Shown piece after piece: positions 52,574 through 64,000 of a stretch of DNA of 64,000 nucleotides (its first letter is position 1; every line of letters begins with the position of its first letter). Both the position numbers and the translations under genes were made by a program. Location: positions 104,160,001 through 104,224,000 of the forward strand of contig OX597821.1 of NCBI GenBank assembly GCA_951406725.2. The letters are read 5' to 3'. The notes under the pieces are model-generated. The model had not been told where the DNA came from. It made no database searches and was given only the letters and a program-made list of their open reading frames with translations. This DNA is from Octopus vulgaris. Lineage: Eukaryota.

Positions 52574-53422
52574 TATTTCTGTATAGCCAGAAATCCTAAC
52601 GACCACCACTGAGAAGATGACCATGCCGGACAAGTTGGCAGGAGAGTAGCTACTGCTCCCCAGTATATATTGTTGGCTGTGTCAACAATAAATCTATCGA
52701 GTCTCTTGGCGTTGCATCTGTTTCTCTGCAGGTCAGTTCTTTACTTTTATTCAGTTGACTAAGAATCGTGGTACGTAATATTAATCTCCCCTGTTTTACT
52801 TTTGCTGAAACGAACCGCTACATTATTACTTTCAAAGATGTCACCTTCGTGAGTCCCATCAAAATTTTTATTTGCCTTCATCATCAGAATACATTGTTTG
52901 TTAATGTGGAATGGAAAATGAATCTTCTAAATTGCAACTAGCCAAATTTATTCTACTATTGACATCCAAAGAGCATTCATCAATCTGTATCCAATCATAG
53001 ATCATTCAACGAGAAATTAGGCATTTACAAAATAACATTTTATCAATTGCGCTCGTGATTTTCCAACACTGGGGCTCAATATAGTTACTAGAAAATCCTT
53101 CAATAATAGAAGGGTGGAGGATTTGAAGTACAACGTTAGTTGCGATTAGAAAACAGAACACGTAGTGTTGTATCTACCTGCGGAAATCACATAAGAAAAT
53201 TTAGTCGAATGAATGAATCAACCGAATTCTTCGGGAATTCATGTGCAGGATAGTAATAGGATGTGACACATAAACAAATGCATACCCGAATGTATAAACA
53301 CACAATTATGCGCATGTACAGATAGGCGCACACAGACGTACACCTACTCAATCATACATGTACATCTCAATCAGAATATGTATGTAAGTATTTAAGTTTG
53401 TATGTGAGCATGCATGTATATT

Positions 53423-53458
<36 letters not shown>

Positions 53459-54964
53459 CATACATACATACATACATACATACATACATACATGCATATA
53501 TGTATATATATATATATGTATACACATGTGTGCGTGTACGTATGAGTGTGTGTTAGTATGTATGTGCTATATGCTGAACTTATATATCATTAATAAGAAT
53601 GTTGTCTATATAGAAGCAGACGAATCAGTCTAGCGAATATTTCGTGTATTCTCGAATGAATATTGTATTTAATCGGATTTCAAACTATATGTAAACTATA
53701 ACGAGTCTTAAAAACATGTGACTTAGATCTTTTCAATTCTTTTATATATATATAAGCCATTTCAAGATATAACGTTAAGATAATATCTATATATCCAGTC
53801 TTCTTCATAAGGAGGAAGAACAAAAAAATAACATCAATATATCTACCGTTTTATATTCAATTTCTTTTTCAATATAGAGTTCACATAAATTCTTTGTGTC
53901 TTCATTTTCTTCAGCTACTTTTATTATAATAACTTTCTCTAGCGTGTTTTTTTTTCAATTTTGAGAAAAATGCATCAACAATAAGTGTAAGAGGAAGTCC
54001 CCTGTGTCCGGAAAAAATAAGCTAACCTATTGAAAGCATCTGTATTATCTACGAGAACAGTCCCCGAAGGGAACGTATTTCAACAGGAATTATAATTCAT
54101 AGACTCAATTTTGTGCCCAGCAAATATATCTCTTGGGGTTTCTTAAACGTTGCACGTACATTGTATTATCCTTGAATTTGTTAAAAATCATGGTAAACAT
54201 CATAAAGACTATCTAGGATCGCAATCACCTTTAATCAATCCAGCAAATAAAAATAAGCCATATTGTAGGGAAAGCGTAAATAAACAGCAAAGACCCTCTC
54301 CCCCCGCCTCCTATCATTTTTGGTTATTAACCTATTCTATTTCTTGCACCATGTTTCTTGCTATACTTCCGGGGATATTGCTTCACTATTAGCTTTGAAA
54401 CATGTCCATGTCTTATTTCCAGCTAATTAACGAGCTGTCATGGCGTCATGCTACAATCCGTGACAATAATATTAATACACGTTTCAAAATAAAGATTCTT
54501 TCTACCACGTGTGAAATTATTTAAAGCTTCGTAGATATCAGCCAATGATTTTTCAGATTTTCATTTAGATATTTTTCTCCTTACCTCATTGTACAAAGCG
54601 TGCCGTTATTGTTTGTTATGACAATTCATTAGTTTCGTACGATTAATGTGAATGTGACGTTATCAGTTGACAGTTATCGGCGTAGAAAAACAAACAACTT
54701 GCTTGCTAAAGATATAAACGAGAGCCACCATCTCTTGACGGATGCCTCTGCTTGATATGACACAACGACGACAAAATCCCAGATATCCCAGGATTCCCTA
54801 ACACTAAAGAATAGAGGGTATTATGAGCATTCGTCTTAAAGAAGTTGTTTTTCTTCAGATAAGACACACCAGCGATCAGCATATTAATGTTCATATCTAC
54901 TGTAGTTAATTGCAAATAAATATGAAAGGCATTGAAATATATCCGCGGCAGCATAAGGATTATG

Positions 54965-56687
<1,723 letters not shown>

Positions 56688-57132
56688 AACAGCCTGAGGA
56701 AAAATGCGTCAACTATTTTTTCAAAGAAAGCAAGATTAAGGAAAGTGGTGCAAAGAAAAAAGCATAACGGTATAACTGGCTAGTGAGTGGGACCAGGAAC
56801 ATTTAATTAAGCTTAAATGGTAGAGCTTAATTCGAGGAAGAAATTTCATGTTATCAATCTCATGCAGGGAAATTTTAAAAGAAAAGAATTATGAGCGTTT
56901 GTTTCTCAAATTTATGTGTGATAATATAGTTCTGTTCCTTTCTATGAATACTTTCCATAAGGGTACTTGTAATATATGTCACCGGCATCATTAAGGTAAG
57001 GAAACAAAATTAGCAATGACATTGCTAAATTGCAATTAGTTTAATTACCTCATCTGTATTAACTAATGCAATTATATCAGATAAAAACACTCCCGTAATT
57101 CCTGCAACGAGCAACAGAATCGTAGTAGTTAC

Positions 57133-57423
57133 ATTGACAGGAATTTCTCAGGTTTTAAGACTTTTCAAAGAACCACTCTACTACGGTAGTAGTCGAATAA
57201 TATTATTAAGGTCACAATTTATTCACACGCAGCATCTTTCAGAGTTTTGTCGCTAATTCATTTCTGAACCAAATTGAAATTGACAGGAATTTCTCAGTTT
57301 TGAAGACATCTCAAAGAATTATTCAAGTACAGTATTAGTTGAATAATATTCCTACGGCTGCAATTTACTCACACGCACCATCTTTCAGAGCTTTATCGCC
57401 AATTCAGTTGTTAACCAAATTGA
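57133..57423. repeat. Diverged tandem dimer, ~146-bp period, within the dispersed repeat 56800-57430
   Basis: ATTGACAGGAATTTCTCAG at 57133 and 57279. Confidence 0.85.
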
Positions 57424-57649
57424 GAACTGTTAACTTTTTTGAAGAGGACTAGTCCCTCTATGTGACGCCTCCAATGAAGCTTAGATGAAAATAATTTAAT
57501 TATTTTAAAAGTAAAATATATTTATCTTAGTTTCAATCATAGAAGAAAGTATGAGGAATTTTATAGTTTCGGTCCCTTGCAACAAAACTATGTATCCAAA
57601 AGTTGTGAGGTAAAATATCATAAAAAGCTATGTAACATTATTTATATTA

Positions 57650-57810
57650 TTTACACTTGACGGATATTTATCCTCATCTTCTTTGTTGTTAACACAACGT
57701 TATGGCTGATATACACTCCAGTCTTTATCAGGCGTCTTGCGGAAATTTCGAACCTAGGTTCTCATTCCTAAGGTATTTTTCGACGTTGTTATTATCATTA
57801 TCATTCTTAG

Positions 57811-57859
<49 letters not shown>

Positions 57860-58320
57860 ATCACTGCCAAGAATAGAACGCAGAATCTTGGGATTAGTAG
57901 TCCGCATTCCTAACCACTGCGCGATATACCCGTGGGCAATTATTGTGTGAATTTTAGGGCTTGTAATCTAATATGTTCCCATCATTCCTTAATACCAGTT
58001 CCCATATGCTGTTCATATCTACACTCGGTCTGCTTAGGAGGTTGTTGTGCCCTAGCATATGAGCTGCTTCATTTAGTTTTCGAATTTTCCAGTGGTGTTC
58101 TCTATCTATTATTTTAACTTCATCCCATAGGGGAATGTGATCTCCATTTTTCCATACACGATCTGCTATAACCGATTTATCAATATCTCCTCGTGTCACA
58201 GCTTTGTGATGTTCCTCTACCCTTATTTCGAGGGGGCCGCATGTTTCGTCTTTGCATAATCTACCACAGCTGCCTGGGATGGAGTACACGCATTTTTTGG
58301 TCATATTCTCTTCTATCTGT
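57650..58320 (-). mobile_element. Penelope-like element 3' fragment (GIY-YIG) with tRNA-like segment and decayed hammerhead
   Basis: CVYSIPGSCGRLCKDETCGPLEIRVEEH...HWKIRKLNEAAHM (GIY-YIG-like). The 3' region has a tRNA-like sequence at 57860-57937 and a decayed HHR at 57691-57736. Confidence 0.8.
57691..57736 (-). ncRNA. Decayed minimal type I hammerhead
   Basis: Minus strand: GACGC-CTGATAA-A-GACTG..CAGCC-ATAA(vs GAAA)-CGTT-GTGTT. Stems I and II still pair, but the core is mutated. Confidence 0.6.
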
Positions 58321-58754
58321 CAAATGTAAATAATGTAGATAATGCGCATATTTCCTCATCTCTTAAATATAGAAACGTAAAAAAAATATAATCAAGGCAA
58401 GAAATTAGATTTAAGTATGATTAACTACTTTTATTAAAAAAAACAGACTATGTTTTAATCAAGCTTAAATGGTAGAGCTTAATTCGAAGAATTTCATGGT
58501 TGCAATCCTATGAAATGAAGTTTTAAAGAAACCCCCACCAGAATTTGATATCACCCACCTGACATTTGTACCTCCTCCCCATCCCAGAAAGCCTCCTGAA
58601 TTTGCAAGTGGGTGGTCGGTGGTAACCCCTGTAAATTTTCAATTTCAATTTTATAATGGATCAATGTAAATAAAGTGCTCTTCTTCTTATGTTTATTTTT
58701 TAGATTGAAACTTTGTTTTTGGATTTGGCAAGATTCATTATGTTGAAGCATATT

Positions 58755-58968
58755 CTGTTCTGTCTGGGCAGAGTAATTCTCTTTCAGTTCCTTATAATTT
58801 AATAAACTCACCGGAAAAATTTCTACTCATTTACAACTATTGAAAAGTTTGCAAGACGCAACGAAAATTTTAGAGAAATAAAGACATAAATGAGTGTAAA
58901 TTTTACCGGTGAATGTGTTTAATTATAAGGCACTAAAAGAGAATGACTCTCCCCAGACACAACAGAAC
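58755..58968. repeat. Fold-back inverted repeat (~80-bp arms, ~55-bp spacer)
   Basis: GTCTGGGCAGAGTAATTCTCTTT..CACCGGAAAAATTT..CTCATTTA matches the reverse complement of 58887-58968. Confidence 0.8.
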
Positions 58969-60519
58969 GTTTTCTTTTAATTTAATAATCATAATAACTC
59001 ATTCACAAAATAAAAGCAATTAAAATATTATTTAGAAGTTTATTAAATTTATTATTCAATTTTAAATATTTATTATTCAATTTTCTTAAATTATTATTTG
59101 AAACATTATTAATTAGCATTATAGCGTAGCCTTGAAAAAACATGGAGCACATGGAAAAATACGAGCAAGAGAAATAATATTCTTCAGATTATTAAACTGG
59201 AAACATACAGGGTAATTATTACAAAGGATAACCATCATCTTGTTAAAATATTGACACACTAGAATACTTAAAAAATGAGAGCCAGATGTATCAATATAGC
59301 TAAAGTTTTATGCAAAGTAGAATCGTATTTATGGTAGGCAAATTCATAATGTAAAAAATAGGCATTGGGTCAAGACTAAAAATGTGAAGACTTGGCAACA
59401 ACTTAGGTAATAATGCCAGCAAATTTTACTATGAGTTTGTTGTTATAGGTAGATTTTCCTGTAATATATAACTAATTTTTGTATTATCCTATTTATTATA
59501 CTAACTATGTACTACTATTATATTTTATAAACTATTTTCAAATTTCTAATTATTAATTAATAATTTTTAAAAATGAAGTTTTTTAATGTGCAAAATATAT
59601 TTAAATTGATTTTTTTAATACAAGTAACAATTAATAATAAAATAGAATAACTTTGGATAAAATTTTAAAATTTCATAAAAGCTAATATTTTATAAGTCTA
59701 AATATTTTATTTGAAATTTTATTCTTAGCTGCAGTATTTTAAGTAAAAATGTTGTTGTTCTGTACTTTACCAGTTGGATTACCTAGTCCTGAACTTTTCC
59801 AAATGTAATAATTTGGCCTGTACTTTTCCAGGTTTATAATCTTAAGAATATATTTTCTCTCGCTCGCATTTTCCATATATGTGTGTGTGTGAGTGCACAC
59901 GCGTGTGTGCGTGTGCGTGCGTGTGTGCGTGTGTACGTGCGTGTGTGTGTGTGCCTGTGTGTTTGTGAAAGGAAAATAAGTCAAGCTAGAAAATACTAAA
60001 ATAACTTTAACATTAAATTCATTTTGTAAAAGTTAGTACCGGTTTTAGTCTTTTCGATGTTTTCGAATAATAATGAAAACAATAAAATTGAAGGAAAATG
60101 TTTAATGAAATGTTTCGTAAATATTCCCATAGACTTCAAATGGGTTGGACCTTTTCATTTCTCTCTCTCTCTCTTCATTTGTGAAGGCTCGCTTGGTAGC
60201 AGTAGTTCTGAAGAAATATTGTTTACAGGTGCATAGATATGTTTAGTTCTGATATTTCATGAGAAAGGTAGCAGCAGCCAAGGAAGGAGACGGCAAAGAA
60301 GGAGAAGATGAAGGAAAAGGAGAGGAAGAAAAAGAAAGAAAAGAAGAAAGCCGAAAGTGGTATGACCCTGTAGTTGAGCTGTTCATTGGAATCTGCTTTA
60401 ATAAGTGATCTAAATGTGACCTATTGTTGTTGTAGTAGTAGTGTTAAGAACTGTTCTAAATAAATTCACGGGTGGAGAGTGTTCTTAATATATTTATCGT
60501 TCCAATTATTTGTGTGAGT

Positions 60520-61427
60520 ATTATTCTAAGTTCATTGTAGTAGTGTCATATGAGGTGGAAGTATTCAAAAGAGGTTTATATTTTGCAATAAAATGTGACT
60601 CTTTGCTAAGGCGCTGATTATATGTTGCATCATCCTCAAATTTAGAGAGGGGAAATCTTCTGATGTTGGGTAGTTCGTTAGTAGCGCAAATGTTGATGTG
60701 TTCACTTAATGCTATTTTTCTGTATTCTCGTAGTTTAATCTGGGATCTATGCACGGTCATCCTTTGGTGTAGATTGTTTTTTGTTTCACCAATGTATTGC
60801 TCTCTACATTCTGAGCAAATTAAAACATATATTAGGTTTTCCGAAGCTCATGTGAGGTTGTTTTTCACTGTAAAACGTTGATCCTGTTTGAAGTAGAACT
60901 TCGATCTCTCAATTAGGTTGTTCCGCATTTGGTTCTAGTTAGTTTCATTCGTAAAATGAGCCATTTTAATTTTGCTCAGATTCCTTTCAATTTTGCTGTA
61001 TCAATGCAACTCTGAATTTTGATTACAATCAACCAATTACTCTATCTCGTAATTCAAAGAATCTGATGTTATTTGGAAGTTGGGAAATTTGGGTAATGTT
61101 AACCAAGCAACAGACGGCGTGGCATTGGCAACTTGTTACCACGACAACCACGTGCTGTGTTGTGTTTCACTTCAAACCACATGATTTTTTTCCACGCGCA
61201 TGTTTTGTTTTAATTTCTCTGTATGTTAGTATATTACATATTTTTTGTGTTTCTGTGTGTTAGTATTCTTCTGTGCTTTTTCTGTGTTTTAGTAATTTAA
61301 AATGTTTATCATTTCATATATTTTGGAGACAAATTCTTTGTAGACCAGTGTTATTCTTATTGAACTTTACAAATCAAAGCATGGGAAAGTTACTCAACTT
61401 TGGAGTTTTGGAGACAGACGCTCCTTC

Positions 61428-61466
<39 letters not shown>

Positions 61467-62540
61467 ATACACACACACACATACCTACACATCACTTATA
61501 TTTTAATGATGTGCGCAAATACATGACAGGTATACATAATACATAATAATGAGAGAGAGAAAAGTAACAAGAATATGATACATTTTGATTTTATTTGGTA
61601 TTTCTGTTTATTTAGAAGCCTACCGCTCCGCTAAACGCAGAAAGTCTCTGTCTGGTTAATTGCTAAAAATCACAGTTTTTTCGATTTTTAAATCTTTAAC
61701 TTTTTCCTCCAATTTCTTTTCTCCACAACATCATATCCTCATAGCAATAAGACTGGAAAACTACATAATTTAACCGATTTTTTTACTTCCTTTAAAAAAA
61801 ATGGATATTTTGGGAATCAGTTTAACTAGATCCCCGCATTTTTTTACTGTTGGTTTCCATGTTGGTAATGAGTGTGCTTGGGCCTGTGCTAGAAGATTTT
61901 TCATTGACTTAGGTTGTCATTTGTTCGTTAGGAAATTGTGCGTTTGGAGGATTTGCTTCATTCTGTGGTTCCATTTTAGAAAATGAATGTTATGGAGGAT
62001 GGTGTCGAAGGCCTCATTGTTTAGAAGGTTGTGTATGGATATGTATGGTAGGGCTTTTGGTTGTAATTCATTCTTCAGTTTGAGATGTCTGGATTCGTGG
62101 ATGTTGAGTTGTAGGGCACATTGAAAAACCGACATCGATTAGTGATGGTGGGTAATTCCTGCTGATGAGTGTATCCTTTAACTCATATAGTCGTCAGTCC
62201 CTGGTGCTTGTATCTGATACTATAGTGCAAATCCTGTTTGTCAAGTTCAAAGAGATATTCATTCTAGTGAGTTTGTTAGTGTAGCATGTGTTCAAAGGTA
62301 GATATTGCTTGGAGTCTGTGGTTTTATTGTACATGTCTGCCTCTATTTTGCTGTTGGAGTTCTTAATGACGATGTTGAAGAATGGGAGCTGTTGGTGGCT
62401 ACATTCCATCGTAAATTGAATGTTTATGTCAAGTCCATTTAAAAGTGCTTGAAATAATTTTATTCTGTCTATACCTCTATGCCAATGAATGAGGCAGTCA
62501 TCCAGATAACTCTTCTAGTTATTTTGTATGTAAAGGGAGA
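60520..62540 (-). mobile_element. Penelope-like element (RT plus GIY-YIG), degenerate, interrupted at ~60960-61800
   Basis: KSYLDDCLIHW (~62500), LPFFNIVI..MYNKTTDSKQYL..RICTIVSD. The GIY-YIG reads NLIYVLICSECREQYIGET..RMTVHRSQI..KESHFIAKYKPLLN. Confidence 0.85.
61330..61350 (+). mobile_element. Chapaev3-like terminus inside the PLE interruption
   Basis: ACAAATTCTTTGTAGACCAGTG-TTA is nearly identical to the TIR ending at 10120. Confidence 0.55.
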
Positions 62541-62790
62541 ATGAATTACCATATTTTCTTAGTACATTACGATATATATATGTGTATATATGTGTATGTA
62601 TATATACGCAAACATATATTTACATATGGGTGTATATATACATACATGTATACACACATATATGCATACATCAATGCTTGTATGCATGCATACATACATT
62701 CATCAATGTATGCATACGTACATATATGCATACATATATGCATGCATACATACATACATACATACATACATACATACATACATACATACA

Positions 62791-62824
<34 letters not shown>

Positions 62825-63569
62825 CACTCATGCGTATCTCTTCCGAAATCGTAAATAAGGATGATAAATACGGACGACTGCTTCTAACCCTTGTGATTGA
62901 ATATCAAGTAAATATATTCACATTTAGGCCAACACAAATTCTTTCACTTGCTCTTGTGAGAAAATGGCAATCTGTATAAGCTGAGGTTTGCAGAAAATTT
63001 TCACGATTATTTATAATACATTACTAATGCAACCCTACCAAGATATGCCTTGCTTTTTAGAAGTTTCATCATAGGATATATTTTCATCCATCCCTAAAAC
63101 CTTTTCTCTGATATCGTAGAAATACTCAGGATGTTGCTAAATATATTGCTAGACAGGATTGTATTTCTTAATTTTACAAGAATGTAAAAACACGTATCTT
63201 GTCCAATTGTAGCCTATAACTTTCGAGAATATCGCGACCTTGGCAATGCTCATCTTTATATCATTCGTGTTCTTGGCATATATTGGTTTTGTGTTCCTGC
63301 GTTCTAATATCTTTGCAACTTACTCAGTAAAGATAATAAGATGTAAGTTGAATTTTTTTTAGTGGGGGAGGTTAGGGGGGGGGCGAGGTTACTGAGTGAC
63401 AGAAACATTGAAATACACTCCAAAAAACTATAAATTATCAGTAACAGTAGAACAATTTCCTGTATTTCAGTTCAAAATAATGGCCTATAACGATGTCATG
63501 TTTTCTATGGGTCTGCGTCAGGGTATCTGAAATATTCTTTTCTACTCTTGGACCGACATTTTAGGAGAG

Positions 63570-64000
63570 GGGATCATTCGATTTGATCGACCCCAGTACG
63601 CAACTGGTACTTAATTTATCAACCCCGAAATGATGAAAGGCAAAGTTGACATCGGTGGAATTTGAACTCAGAATATAGCGGCAGACGAAATAGCTATTTC
63701 TTACTACCCACAAGGGGCTAAACACAGAGGGGACAATCAAGGACAGACAAACGGATTATGTCGATTACATCGACCCCAGTGCGTAACTGGTACTTAATTT
63801 ATCGACCCCGGAAGGATGAAAAGCAAAGTCGACCTCGGCGGGATTTGAACTCAGAACGTAACGGCAGACGAAATACTTATTTCTTTATTACCCACAAGGG
63901 GCTAAACACAGAGAGCACAAACAAGGACAGACAAAGGGATTAAGTCGATTACATCGACCTCAGTGCGTAACTGCCACTTAATTTATCGACCCCGGAAGGA
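63570..64000 (-). repeat. Head-to-tail array (~183-bp period) of the headless body of the Meta-like SINE
   Basis: TCGATT..ATCGACCyCAGT recurs at ~63578, 63761 and 63945. The array runs off the window end. Confidence 0.85.

Noticed and set aside
62162-62170. CTGATGA core
   Set aside because: It lies antisense within PLE coding sequence, with no stem II or GAAA.

Overview
AT-rich, microsatellite-saturated eukaryotic non-coding DNA. The SINE/LINE repertoire and (TA)n/(CA)n/(TAA)n density resemble an Octopus-type cephalopod genome, which is an inference. I could not support any intact host protein-coding gene, and most ORF-track entries are translated microsatellites. The window is a mosaic of decayed mobile elements: Penelope-like (GIY-YIG/RT), R4/Dong-like RLE LINEs in (TAA)n, CR1-like and RTE LINEs, a Ty3/Gypsy relic, Chapaev3-like, Tc1 and mariner DNA transposons, MITEs, a Helitron-like end, and at least four tRNA-derived SINE families. 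The main finding is at 25019-25934: a near-identical head-to-tail dimer of a 485-bp unit inserted in (TA)n. Each copy carries a complete, canonical type I hammerhead ribozyme with an unusually long stem II, and the unit is almost entirely G·U-rich hairpins. This is a candidate young retrozyme that would self-process into a 485-nt, probably circular, viroid-like RNA. Several decayed hammerhead cores occur elsewhere in the window, two of them at Penelope 3' ends. All structures and alignments were done by eye.
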